A stretch of DNA of 63,742 bases, filler included, from Octopus bimaculoides (GCF_001194135.2; 4 parts of 4 records of this genome joined end to end with filler, not necessarily neighbours in it); one strand, 5' to 3'. Counted from the whole stretch's first letter, positions 24,969-38,050 are shown. Notes: generated by a model not told the origin, from the letters alone. Numbers and translations are program-made.

Positions 24969-25089
24969 CCACCATGCTGAAAATAGCAGTCAAAGCTTGA
25001 CTCTAAAATCACAATAAATGTTCATATGCTATATGAACATTTATTGTGATTTTAGAGTCAAGCTTTGACTGCTATTTTCAGCATGGTGG
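24969..25089. repeat. Perfect 59-bp inverted repeat with 3-nt loop
   Basis: Arms 24969-25027 and 25031-25089 are exact reverse complements; abuts a 10-N gap. Confidence 0.95.
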
Positions 25090-25366
25090 TATCTCTTAGA
25101 TACCCTAAATTATAATTCATATATATATATACACATACATATGTATACACATACATATGCATACATGTACATATATGTATATATATATATTATGCTATTA
25201 TATATGTGTATTTACATATGTGTATATGTATAAAAATATATATGATGTTTTTCTATATATGTGTATATATATGTGTGTATATATACGTACATATATATAT
25301 ATATGTATATATATATAAATACATATACACATATATGTTTATATATATATATATATATATATTTTC

Positions 25367-25651
25367 GAGCGAGATCGTTGCCAGTACCCCTGGACTGGCT
25401 TGTGCGGGTGGCACATAAAAGACACCATTTCGAACGTGGCCGTTGCCAGTATCGCCTGACTGGCCTTCGTGCAGGTGACACGTAAAAGCACCTACTACAC
25501 TCTCTGAGTGGTTGGCGTTAGGAAGGGCATCCAGCTGTAGAAACTCTGCCAAATTTAGATTGGAGCCTGGTGTTGCCATCCGGTTTCACCAGTCCTCAGT
25601 CAAGCCGTCCAACCCATGCTAGCATGGAAAGCGGACGTTAAACGATGATGA

Positions 25652-25655
<4 letters not shown>
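25367..25655 (+). mobile_element. RTE-type 3' tail element ending in (GAT)n
   Basis: GGTTGGCGTTAGGAAGGGCATCCAGC..GGACGTTAAACGATGATGATGAT. Confidence 0.85.
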
Positions 25656-25719
<64 letters not shown>

Positions 25720-26899
25720 TAAATCAATAATAATATACATATGCATATAATTATATAAAGGGACCAAGGATAAAAACAACCTAATTCCAATATGCTTGAA
25801 GTGCCGAGACATTAGAAAGATAGATAGATAGATAGATTTGCATATGGTTGTATATGTATATATATTTATATATGTATCTACGTATGTATCTATGTACACA
25901 ACATATGCTCATACATATAGGTATATTTATCTATACAAGGATATATAAGATGGCTTGGAATTGTTTAAAACATGGACAGGTTACTCTTTGGAGTAATTGC
26001 TTTGGGTCTCTGCACTATTACTTGAACTCCAGCAGAGTTCAACATGCCTCTCCACATTTTGGGGTCAATAATATAGGGATCACTCTGACACTGGGGGGTC
26101 AGTTCTCTTTCTCACACTTCTTTTAATGTTTAACTGTCCATCTGTCTTTCTGACAGAAATGAACTGTACTCAGACTAGGAATGGATTGGAGTAAATCAGG
26201 TCCAAAGATATCTAATCTAAGCTGTATGTAGAATGATACTGTCATGGAAATAGATATACACATCATCATCATAATCATCATCATTAATCGTCCGTTTTCC
26301 ATGCTGGCATGGGTTGCACAGTTTGACAGGAACTGACCAGCTGAAGAGCTGTTTGGTCTCCACATCTATATAAATTTGTATATGGATATCTTATGGATAC
26401 ATACATACACTCACACATACTTGCATATGTACACACCAACATGCACACAGTCATCCATCTACCCATACATACATACATACATACATACATGATGGCTGCC
26501 CCCTTGTTATCGAGTATGGCCATTGCACGAAGCTTAACATGTTCTTATCGTGCAGTGCCTGTGCAAGAAGATTTTTTTTTAAAGTGAGGATACGCTGTAC
26601 ACTGAGTCAATCCCACTCACTAAGCAACAGTAGCCATAACCCGAAAAGAACAGTTCAACATCATCGGTAACCACTGAGCCGCAGGTTTTATGTCGGAGTT
26701 ATCCCAGTTGCCTGAGTTGCCTTCTCCTAGAAGGAAGCCCTAACAAGGGTTAGGGGTCCTTCACTCCCAAACATACATACATATGCATCTGCCTGCAGGC
26801 TTCCACATGATAGCTATCCACCATATGTGCTACTACAGACATGTCCTTGGCTTTGCACAAGATCATCCTACCAGGGCCTTACTCTTGTTCAGTGCAGCA

Positions 26900-27060
26900 A
26901 TTGTGAGCGGGAAGAGGCCCTGTGGCACAGCCCACACCAGATTGTTGGATGTGATTAAGAAAGATCTCCTGAGGCTTCATGTCATCTTAGAGGACACAAA
27001 GGAACTGCCACAGGACTACCAGTGATGAGGAGCAATGGTAGACCCGATCAGCTCTACACA
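26900..27060 (+). mobile_element. RTE LINE C-terminal remnant
   Basis: GKRPCGTAHTRLLDVIKKDL resembles the RTE C-terminal GKRPRGRP..W.D.V..DL. Confidence 0.5.
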
Positions 27061-27285
27061 TGATGACACCTCTGGGACCCCTACCCTGGGATGACCCCCA
27101 CCCTCATTAAACAAAAGCATGAAGCAAAGTGTGTGTGTGTGTGTGTCGTAAACCAGCATTGTAGAAATTCAAACATGGCAAATTTAACTATTTTTCTATA
27201 GACTGCGAAAAAGGCTATAAATACATATATGTATACATATATACAAATATATATATATGAACATATATATGCATATATATATGTA

Positions 27286-27385
<100 letters not shown>

Positions 27386-28811
27386 TATACAAATATATAT
27401 ATAAAATATATATATATATATATGTACGAATATACATACATACACACGTGCAAACATATATACATATATATTTGTATATATGGATAGATCAATGAATATG
27501 ATTACATATTAACACACAATGCAAACACAAACGCACATGCACACACACACACAAACACACACACACGCACAAAATCATCATCACATGCATCATTTAATGT
27601 CCATCCTCTGTACTGACCAGTTTGACAGGAAACTGTGGGCTGCAGGACTGCATCAAGTATCAAGTTCCATGACCTGCTTTGGCATCGTTTCAACTGCTTG
27701 ATGCCCATCTTACACCAATCACATTATAGACTGTACTGAGTGACTTATTTCATAATGCCTAATAACTCATATGACATACATACATGCATACATATATGTA
27801 TATGTACACACACACACANNNNNNNNNNNNNNNNNNNNNNNNNNNNNNNNNNNNNNNNNNNNNNNNNNNNNNNNNNNNNNNNNNNNNNNNNNNNNNNNNN
27901 NNNNNNNNNNNNNNNNNNNNNNNNNNNNNNNNNNNNNNNNNNNNNNNNNNNNNNNNNNNNNNNNNNNNNNNNNNNNNNNNNNNNNNNNNNNNNNNNNNNN
28001 NNNNNNNNNNNNNNNNNNNNNNNNNNNNNNNNNNNNNNNNNNNNNNNNNNNNNNNNNNNNNNNNNNNNNNNNNNNNNNNNNNNNNNNNNNNNNNNNNNNN
28101 NNNNNNNNNNNNNNNNNNNNNNNNNNNNNNNNNNNNNNNNNNNNNNNNNNNNNNNNNNNNNNNNNNNNNNNNNNNNNNNNNNNNNNNNNNNNNNNNNNNN
28201 NNNNNNNNNNNNNNNNNNNNNNNNNNNNNNNNNNNNNNNNNNNNNNNNNNNNNNNNNNNNNNNNNNNNACATACATACATACATACATACATACATACAT
28301 ACATACATACATACATACATACATACATACATACATACATACATACATAAATACATACATACATACCATAGCTCTCAGTTTCAAGTGAATGTGACGGGGT
28401 AACTTGAGCTATGCTTCTGCTACTTGTTCGCTATGCAGTTGTGAGCAGGCATAAGCAGTCTCTTGACTTTTTTTGCCCTTGTCCCAGTGGGATCTGGAAG
28501 GTGATAGGACTGTACCAACCAGTGATGTGACTGGAACAACCTGAAATATTGAAATGAATTAACTTGCTGAAGGGCACAATTCTTCACCTGGTGTAGAAAT
28601 TGAACCCGTGTGTGTGTGTGAATACATGAGAAGTATCTAGCCAAGAATAATGCCCCATTACTGGCACGGTACTGAAGGTTCTTGACAGAGTTCGCTACTT
28701 TATCATTTGGTGGTCACTGAGGAATCTTGCAATAGATGAATGGCTTGGGAGAGTTGTCCAAATCACCTACAAAGATGCTGTCAGAAAGGTGAAACTTATT
28801 AAATATAGTGT

Positions 28812-29184
28812 GGAGGCGCAATGGCCTAGTTGTTAGGGCAGCGGACTTGCGGTCATAGGATCGCGGTTTCGATTCCCAGACCGGGCGTTGTGAGTGTTTA
28901 TTGAGCGAAAACACCTAAAGCTCCACAAGGCTCCGGCAGGGGATGGTGGCGAACCCTGCTGTACTCTTTCACCACAACATTCTCTCACTCTTACTTCCTG
29001 TTTCTGTTGTGCCTGTAATTCGAAGGGTCAGCCTTGTCACACTGTGTCATGCTGAATATCCCCGAGAACTACGTTAAGGGTAGACGGGTCTGTGGAGTGC
29101 TCAGCCACTCGCACATTAATTTCACGAGCATGCTGTTCCATTGATCGGATCAATTGGAACCCTCGACGGAGTGCCAACAACAAC
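28812..29184 (+). mobile_element. tRNA-derived SINE family C (full length)
   Basis: GGAGGCGCAATGGCCTAG (A box), GTTTCGATTCC (B box), (CAA)n tail; further copies at 39439-39765 (+) and 29757-29880 (-). Confidence 0.9.
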
Positions 29185-29374
29185 ATTAAGTATAGTGATG
29201 AATTTTTTGTGGAAGTGTGAGCGCACTGAGGCTTAGTCTCAAGCCTCCCTCTGTTTGTTATAGTCTTCCAAGGCATAACAGAGGGATTTAAGACTGGTTG
29301 CTTATGAGAAGTCCTTTATGTCGTTGATCTGGTTTATGCACTCGAATTTGTAGTAGAATTAGAAAAGAAATTAC

Positions 29375-29745
29375 AGACATAGCAAATAAACCTAGAATGA
29401 AAGAACCTCGAAGTGAATTTAGCAGAAACTTAGGTGACAGAAAATGCAGAAGAAAGAACCATAGTATCATCGAGGAAACGGCTATGCTTGATGTGTAGAA
29501 AAGTAGTAGGTAGGAATTCCATAATGTGTACTCAATCTAGACTGTGGACACACAAGAGGTGTGGTGGAATTTCAGGTTGGCTAACAGAGAAACTAGACTT
29601 CACATATGACAGGTACTCAGGGGCTGTGAGTAATAGGAGCACATGCAAAATGGACTCCTTCCAATATCCTGGTGGTGGTTCTCTAAAGGTAGTTGATAGC
29701 TTTTGTTGCCTAGAGGGCCTAAGCAGCAATGATGTTGAGTGTCCT
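29375..29745 (+). mobile_element. RTE LINE remnant with Cys-rich insertion
   Basis: ELEKKLQT..NLEVNLAET*V then CLMCRKVVGRNSIMCTQSRLWTHKRC..LKVVDSFCCL. Confidence 0.75.
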
Positions 29746-30086
29746 GAAAGTATTTTGTTGTTGTTGGCACTCCGTCGCTTACGACGTTGAGGGTTCCAGT
29801 TGATCTGATCAACGGAACAGCCTGCTCGTGAAATTAACGTGCAAGTGGCTGAGCACTCCATAGACCCGTCTACCCTTAACTGAGTGTACTGGAGCGACGT
29901 GAAAGGAAGTGTTTTGCTCAAGAACACAACACGTTGCCCGGTCCAGGAACTGAGACAATAATCTTACGATCATGAGTCCAACACCCCAACCACTAAGCCA
30001 CGCACTTCCACTGTACAGTTGTGTAGCACTAGAAGAGGAGGGAATGCATTTTGAAAGTATTACACAGATGATGGGGTGTGTTAAAG

Positions 30087-30350
30087 CAGGGGTTTTCAAA
30101 CTTTTTGACTCGCAGACCCCTTTATATTTCAGGCTTTACCTTAGGGACCCCCTTATAAACGCTTATGAAATTTATACATAAATATTTGCTTACAATAACA
30201 TATATTTTTACATTTATTTATTTAACAGTATTTAACAAATAGGTTTATTGTCAATTAAAAGATTTCGATTAAAAAACATATATAAAATCAAATTGCCCAT
30301 AAAAAGTATTTGCTGTCTCATCCTTGCGGACCACAGTTTGAAAACCCCTG
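30087..30350. mobile_element. hAT (Charlie-like) MITE
   Basis: Perfect 16-bp TIRs CAGGGGTTTTCAAACT; perfect 8-bp TSD TGTTAAAG (30079-30086 and 30351-30358). Confidence 0.95.
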
Positions 30351-31244
30351 TGTTAAAGGGCACTGCGAGCCCATACATCAATGGATGTGGTGTCAGAGCC
30401 TGTATGCTCCCCAGGAAAAAATTTCGATATCAGAATGAATTTAGGGTTAGGCAGAATGAAAGGTTTATNNNNNNNNNNNNNNNNNNNNNNNNNNNNNNNN
30501 NNNNNNNNNNNNNNNNNNNNNNNNNNNNNNNNNNNNNNNNNNNNNNNNNNNNNNNNNNNNNNNNNNNNNNNNNNNNNNNNNNNNNNNNNNNNNNNNNNNN
30601 NNNNNNNNNNNNNNNNNNNNNNNNNNNNNNNNNNNNNNNNNNNNNNNNNNNNNNNNNNNNNNNNNNNNNNNNNNNNNNNNNNNNNNNNNNNNNNNNNNNN
30701 NNNNNNNNNNNNNNNNNNNNNNNNNNNNNNNNNNNNNNNNNNNNNNNNNNNNNNNNNNNNNNNNNNNNNNNNNNNNNNNNNNNNNNNNNNNNNNNNNNNN
30801 NNNNNNNNNNNNNNNNNNNNNNNNNNNNNNNNNNNNNNNNNNNNNNNNNNNNNNNNNNNNNNNNNNNNNNNNNNNNNNNNNNNNNNNNNNNNNNNNNNNN
30901 NNNNNNNNNNNNNNNNNNNNNNNNNNNNNNNNNNNNNNNNNNNNNNNNNNNNNNNNNNNNNNNNNNNNNNNNNNNNNNNNNNNNNNNNNNNNNNNNNNNN
31001 NNNNNNNNNNNNNNNNNNNNNNNNNNNNNNNNNNNNNNNNNNNNNNNNNNNNNNNNNNNNNNNNNNNNNNNNNNNNNNNNNNNNNNNNNNNNNNNNNNNN
31101 NNNNNNNNNNNNNNNNNNNNNNNNNNNNNNNNNNNNNNNNNNNNNNNNNNNNNNNNNNNNNNNNNNNNNNNNNNNNNNNNNNNNNNNNNNNNNNNNNNNN
31201 NNNNNNNNNNNNNNNNNNNTTATATATCTGTAGTGACGCCTAAT

Positions 31245-31325
31245 ACCAGTCGCCATTTTGGGAAGTTCGTCCACGCATGCGCAGGGACATGTCTTCCGGA
31301 AGGCATGCAGGAAGTCCCTCATGCG
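31245..31325. promoter_or_regulatory. Putative housekeeping-type promoter
   Basis: YY1-like CGCCATTTT (31251-31259), NRF1-like CGCATGCGCA (31274-31283), ETS-like CTTCCGGAAG (31293-31302) and CAGGAAGT (31308-31315) in CpG-rich unique DNA. Confidence 0.55.
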
Positions 31326-32049
31326 TGGTCATCCTATATCAAAGCGTTCCCGCCTTTTCTCGACTTCTTAGCGCTGCACCTTCAAAGACACAGGACCACT
31401 AAGAGCCGCTCCGTAACTCTACCTTTGAGTCTACGCAAACTACTTCGGAGGCTGAAGAATGACTTAATCAACCAGCATCGACACCGTCTTCACACCAACC
31501 ATTAAGGGCGACCTGGCAATTCCGTTACCCGAGATGTAGGCTGAGCACCTCATAATAAATATTTGTTATGCTGTTATTCAATTTATCCAGCGTGTTCGTT
31601 TTTATTGAAGAGAATTGATTTGTACGGAATAGGGTTACCCAATGATGGTTGCCCTATCACTTACATATCTGTTGCTGAACAGCGACACCTAAGGTACATT
31701 ACTGTCTGGTTTTCAACTTGGAAGACTACACTCTAAATCAAATTTCTTTTTCAAGGTGGAATTAAAAGCTTCAAATTTGGCGGAATATTTTGCCCACTGT
31801 TATCTAGAAAGTTTCTGTATTTTATTTTATTTCTCATACTGTAACTCACTCTCTATTTGTCTTTTGACTACCTTCTACCTCACATTATTTCTGCGTGACA
31901 GCGAACAAACACACATAGCTAATTATTATTATATGTGGATAATTATGATTTAGATGTCCTTTTCACCACAAAGTTTCAACCCAGCTTCAAGCGATCATTG
32001 ATCAATGACCCTAAGCAGGTTAAAAAAAAAAAAACTTGAAGGGCTTTTA

Positions 32050-33200
32050 AACCGCAAGTAGTATTATGAAAGTTTATGATAATGGCCTTCGACTTGCTTT
32101 TGAACATGATACATCCGATAACCAAGAAATTATATATGTAAATTTTGATTCATAACCTACCTTATCACCTCTGGCCCCAACTACTTGATTCTGTTTATCA
32201 GCCATGTTATGCATGGTTTCAAGTTTCACTATCGTATCGAAGATTTCATGAATTGGTTTCACAGACTCTGTCCGGGAACTCCATTGAGTTTCAAATTCAG
32301 ATTCACAAATACTAGTATGGCGTCTTTCTTCTTTCACTAACGGAGTGTCCAGCAAGAGAAGAATAAATAATCGAATGAATTGCTTTATATATGGTTAGCA
32401 GTACGCATTCCAACAAAATTGAGAGGATGATTACTGCAGTTTACAAAAATAACTTTGCGTTATTTTTTCTCCGTTGAAGATTGTTTTCATAACCAGCCAT
32501 AACTGCAGCATTGTCATAGCATTGTAACCGACAGTTTTACAATGGCATTTCGTCTCTTACAATTTGGACGATAATTACTGCTATCATATTTCCAACATCC
32601 TTTCATTTTGATTGGACGAATTCATGAAAAGATGTTTGCTAAAAACAGTTGTTGTCTCCTCGAAATCATTATCCATATAATGCTTTCGACGTCCATCTGG
32701 AGTAGAGTCAAACAGGAGACCAAAATACTGAGACTTACGAATGAATGTTATATAGACATATGTGGCGAATCGTAGAATCCAGCAATTGAATGAATTTCAT
32801 TTAATACTAACGAAAGGAAGTATAGTCTTCCAGGATTACTTTTTTCCCCCGTTACTGAGATGAGCTTCAACGAGAGGACCAAACTTTGCCAACAATTTAA
32901 GTAACCCAACGAAATTTTTCGAAATTACTGTCCTGTTCCTGTCAATACGATTTCATATTTCCACACAATGCCAGGTTTCGTGGTGCTAAACTTTATGCAA
33001 TGGAGAATTATGTGGAGAATATCTTGCCATTTTTAAATGTTATCTAAGCTTGAAGATATATGTCAATGATTCCACTATATTCTAAAAGATTTCTATGACC
33101 TTTCACTTATTTCGAAAATACCAAATCTAATGTAAGCGTTTCTGTCTGCATGGCCTCGGACAAATGAAAATTTTCTTAAATATTTTTGTTCAGCTCCAAA
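32050..33200 (-). mobile_element. hAT transposase remnant (ZMYM1-like group)
   Basis: Broken frames LFDSTPD; YDNAAVMAG..NCSNHPLNFVG; ETQWSSRTESVKPI. Confidence 0.8.
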
Positions 33201-33811
33201 GTAATTTAAACTGTTATGTTGGGTAGCATTTAATATAGACTGGGTTGTGTTTTTTTGTTTTTCGACATTCAAAAAATCAAGTATTTTCTATCCCTTTGAA
33301 AGACGCAATCAACCTAGTGTCTTCATACCATACTATTACCTGCTGAACGATACCGAAACTAAATCTGTTAGGTCGATAGTGTACATTAGCGCCGAAATTT
33401 TAATTTGAATTGCATAAAAATTGATTCTGGAAAGATATCCCGTCCGGTACGGTGTTGGCTTAGTTTACACTCATTTCTGATACTCTCAATACTGATGAAA
33501 AACAAGGTTGTTCATGAAATGACATTACAAGGCTCCAGATTTGTTTGGCTGCTGCTTCTTGCATTTTTCTTTTATTCTTGGTTTCTACGGCACACAATCA
33601 TCTTATAAAGACTTTATAATGCGACTGCATGCCGCAGAAGCTAATATCCGTCGTTTTAAGGGCAATTTCTATTGAAGTCAGAACAAGAATTGTCTTTAAA
33701 AACGATAGATATTTGCACTTTTTGGTGGTTGTAGAAAAATAATCTCACATAATGTAGTCGCAATAGTTTTCTGACGCCTATAACAATTGCAGATTAAAAT
33801 TATATTACATA

Positions 33812-34285
33812 CAAAAATAAGAGGAATGACCAGCAAAAGTGGACTCCTATATGCTAGAAATAGATGCCGAATCGTCTAACCACGAAAAAATATGTTCTCA
33901 GTAAAATTTTTTTTTAATATGCTAGACCACTGGTTTTAATTGATTAATATCAATTTCTACCCTTATTAATAAATTTTAAATAATGATGTTCTCAAACCGG
34001 TAAATTAGCTGCAAAAATTTATTAACTGCAGAGTTATTTCCGGACTTAGCGCGCCAGATTGAAGACATTTGAAGGGATACACTGAATGTAATTTGTAGAA
34101 CTCTACACGTGCTCCCTTTCGGGTGGACGTCTTATGTCTAGTTCTGGAAATTATATTTTTAAATNNNNNNNNNNTGTTGTGTCGCTAATTTTTTACTGAA
34201 AACATATTTTTTTGTGGTTAGATGATTCGGCATCTATTTCTAGCATATAGGAGTCCACTTTTGCTGGTCATTCCTCTTATTTTTG
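33812..34285. mobile_element. MITE with ~100-bp TIRs and TA TSD (Tc1/mariner type)
   Basis: TA|CAAAAATAAGAGGAATGACCAGC... is mirrored by ...GCTGGTCATTCCTCTTATTTTTG|TA. Confidence 0.9.
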
Positions 34286-34322
<37 letters not shown>

Positions 34323-34429
34323 GTGTAAGTATGTATATATATATTTGCGTATACACTCACATTTATACAAGCATACACATACTTGCACGCAAACACACAC
34401 ACACACACTCATCTACATTACATATACAT

Positions 34430-34860
34430 AGGCGCAGGCATCGCAGTGTGGTTATGTGGTCTTGGGTTCAGTCCCACTGCGTGGTAACTTGGGCATGTGT
34501 CTATAACAAAGCCTTATAAATGGGTTTGGTAGACAACTGAATGAAACCCGTCCGTCGTGTATGCATGCATATATACATACGTATACACACACACACACAT
34601 ATATATATATATGGAGAGAGAGAAAGAGAAAGAGAGATTCATTTGTATCTTGGTGTCTGTGTTTGACTCCAACACAGCTTGACAAACGGTGTTGTTTTGT
34701 ATAGGGTCCCGTGAATTAGCGCTTCGGCCAAAGAGGCCGATAGACTAAGTACCGGGCTTTAGAAAGAAAATAAGTGCTGGGTTCGATTTGTTTAACTGGA
34801 CCCTAAAAGACAATGTCTCAGCATAGTCGCTGTCCAATTATTAAAACAAGCAAAATATTA
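34430..34860 (+). mobile_element. SINE family B (degraded)
   Basis: GGGTTCAGTCCCACTGCGTGG..TTGGTAGAC..GATAGACTAAGTAC. Confidence 0.75.
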
Positions 34861-35029
34861 AAAAAAAAACGTGTGTATANNNNNNNNNNNNNNNNNNNNN
34901 NNNNNNNNNNNNNNNNNNNNNNNNNNNNNNNNNNNNNNNNNNNNNNNNNNNNNNNNNNNNNNNNNNNNNNNNNNNNNNNNNNNNNNNNNNNNNNNNNNNN
35001 ATATATATATATATATTTCCCTTTCGCTA

Positions 35030-35340
35030 TCCTACCGTATTTGTCTGATAGTCGAAAGACCCTTTTTGTTGTTTACTTATTTGTTTTCATATATGTGCAT
35101 TCGTTTGCCTTGCCCAGGGGTTAATGCTTTTAGCTTGAGTCCTTGGCCCAGCCGGCTTCGAGTAGTATCGGAAATAAATGGCCGAAACTATATGGACATT
35201 CCAGATTTCGACTGAAGAGGCAATTAGCTGCGAATGATCCGTGTATCTTGGTTTGTCCTGTTTGCCGTTGTCGTGCTTTCGTCCTTTTCCTGCACGTTGT
35301 GTTTTGACGGTTTCCATTTGTTGTGTTTTTTTTTTTTCTG
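35030..35340 (+). repeat. Unclassified dispersed repeat (also ~45840-46070 and ~56940-57120, both -)
   Basis: Shared blocks TAGTCGAAAGAC, CATTCG..CCA(A/G)GG..TGCT..AGCTT and TCGACTGA(A/G)GA..CGAATGA. Confidence 0.55.
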
Positions 35341-35352
35341 TTCTACCTTTGA

Positions 35353-35432
<80 letters not shown>

Positions 35433-36607
35433 TGGTTGAAAGAATATTTCCCAACCCAGACAAGCCCGCTATCAATATTGTGGTGCGGTGACGTAATGCG
35501 TGAGTCAACTATTTTTTAGCTACTAATATTGTAGTCATCATTCTTTGTCTTTAGGACAATGGCGTAATTTCGTGGCTGTTTTACTTCCCGAGACTATCTC
35601 ACTCATCTTCCTGCTGTTTGGCACTGTTGGACAGAATGATACATCGTAACCTTCTGTTGATCCATTTAGCATTGTAATACGGAGTCCTGGAAATATAAGA
35701 GGATGTGATGAAAGTGGTGGTGGTGGTGGTGATGGTTTGCGTTGGCAAAAATTATTTAGTTGATGGTTTGGGAGTTTGAGTAAGTTTGTATTACGCCATA
35801 AAAAAGAAGAGAAGTTTCATATTTAGGTGATTGCCTCTTTGTCTGTGAGTGATAAACAATTATTTTTCAGTCTGTGTTAGACGAACGCGTAATGCGAAAT
35901 ATTAGTCGCTTTCACCATCACCACCACCATTAACACCAAACTATAATGGGATACAAATTTAACTTCACTATATTTGTTTGTTTGTGTGTGTGTGTGTGTG
36001 TGTGTACATATGAATATATACATACATGCATGTACACACAAAATACAGACACATATGTACGCACATACATATGTACGCAAATACAGTGTTGTTTAGTAAT
36101 GATCTGGACTAGAAGTATTCAATACACACGTTGGTAGAATCTATGTCCGCTTCTTAGGCTTTTCGAGATTTCCACTCAAAGATTTACCAAAATAGCCATG
36201 TGCACCAATAATTATTAGTTTAAATGTGAATTTTATAATCTGGGTAGAGCAACTACAAGGTTTCCAAGTTTTCTTTCTCGCTGATTTTGTAAGAAACTAT
36301 GGTAACTTTTAACTTCTGCACTTGTCTCTCTTTGAAGGTGAAATTTTACCTAAAAAAGCGATTGATTTCCGATAGACTTAACGATCACATTCGTTCAATA
36401 GAAATCTTAAACCATATGAAAAACAAATTTCACCCTCTAAGTGAGACGGCTGTCATGGTAAATTTTTGTTCTATCCATTCACTTTGTACCCTGAAGAACG
36501 TGTAGTTTCTGGCAGTTTTGGTAGTCACAATTGCTCAGAACACATAATAAAATCATATTAAAAACAAAGGGTGCCACTTTGGCGTGCAGCCTACCTGACC
36601 ATTCACA

Positions 36608-36813
36608 CTTTAGCGTGCTGTCCTAACCCTAAACGTATTCCTGAATCCTAAACCAAAACCCTGACCCTACCTCTAACTCTAATCTTAAAACCTGACCGTA
36701 ACCCTAAACTCTAAACCCAAATCCTAACCCTCAGATCCTAACCCTATTCCTAACTTAGATCAGATCATTTCACAGCCTAGACTGCAGATACTGCGGTAGT
36801 TGGTACGCTAAAG
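36608..36813. repeat. Degenerate telomere-like (CCCTAA)n tract between short inverted repeats
   Basis: Repeated CCTAACCCT-like units 36622-36756; CTTTAGCGTGC / GTACGCTAAAG inverted pair (10/11). Confidence 0.7.
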
Positions 36814-37729
36814 CAGCACCAAAAGCAAAATTCACCTTCAAAGTGAGATGAATGTAATAGTAAAAATTTACTGAAATTATGTACAGTCATAGAAGATATC
36901 TGACCTCTATGACTATGCATAATTTTATCTTTCTGTCTCAAACAACTATATCAGGCCTGTTATGTTTGCTCTTCGCAGACGATTTGATAGGAATGTTCCA
37001 CCATATTCCATGTGTTGATACGTGTGTATGTATTTACTGTATGTATTTCAAAATTTATCCCAGAGAAGTCTTTGTTCCAAATGGTATAACAAATTAAGCA
37101 ACAACGTTATTCTACGGTGAAAGATAGTAACTAAATGACATTTTTTGGATGAGAATTTTTGGATCTCGTATACTGTCTTCCACAGAAATATAACATAATC
37201 GATATTTATGGACGCAAGTTGGAAGTGTACGATCCTCATTGTCTCTTTTGTTCATTAAGTATCTTGGAGAAATATCCTACTCTTGTATAGTGAAAAAGGA
37301 TAACCTTGAAAACGGAAGCGCTGTAATGTTCATGGGTTGACCCAAGAATAGGACTAGTATTTTATTTATCGTCCCTAGAAAGGATGAAAAATAGAGTTCA
37401 CCTCGGTGAAATTTCATATCAGAGCGAAGAGTCAGAACTAATGTTGCAAGGCATTCTCTATCTACTACTATAATGATTCCGCCAGTTTGTTTGTGGATCA
37501 ACGTATTTTAAACTCTATTCATACTGAGAAACTTTATACCATTCACCATTTAACTTTGAATATTTAACAAAAGAGATGAACTTTTTTTGACCTGTTTCGA
37601 CCAGTTGATACTTGACTGAGTTCTGATTTGTGAACTTTGAGACAGATCATCCTCACATATGATGTTCATATCAAGAAAAATACCACCACACCACACTTCC
37701 TCTAACTATGTGCGTTACTCAGCTACAAC

Positions 37730-38050
37730 CCTCACACTCGCTCCAAATGTTGAACCTCACTATCAACAAAGATCTCTCTTAGCGAAAGCATAGGCAGAAG
37801 ATACTTCAGCCCCAACAGCTGCTGACATTCTATAACGCTCAAACTGAAGCACACAATGGAGTACTGCGCCAACATCTGGGACGATGCTGCTGTTATATGC
37901 ACACACGTCCTGAACCGCAACCAGAGAAGGGCCACTCGACTGATTAGCACTCTTTCACTACGGACACGCTCCAGACTCTGTCTCCCAGGCGTGTAGTCTT
38001 TTCTATCAGTACTATCATGGTCTATGATCCTCAGATCTGGCTGATCTCGT
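37730..38050 (+). mobile_element. CR1/L2-group LINE ORF2 C-terminal remnant
   Basis: HTMEYCANIWDDA..LNRNQRRATRLIS. Confidence 0.75.

Noticed and set aside
28812-28885. tRNA gene
   Set aside because: tRNA-like head continues into a SINE body present in several copies; no proper acceptor stem
30248-31505. Long ORFs spanning N gaps (also 44-47, 50 and 52 kb)
   Set aside because: Open only because N codons contain no stops
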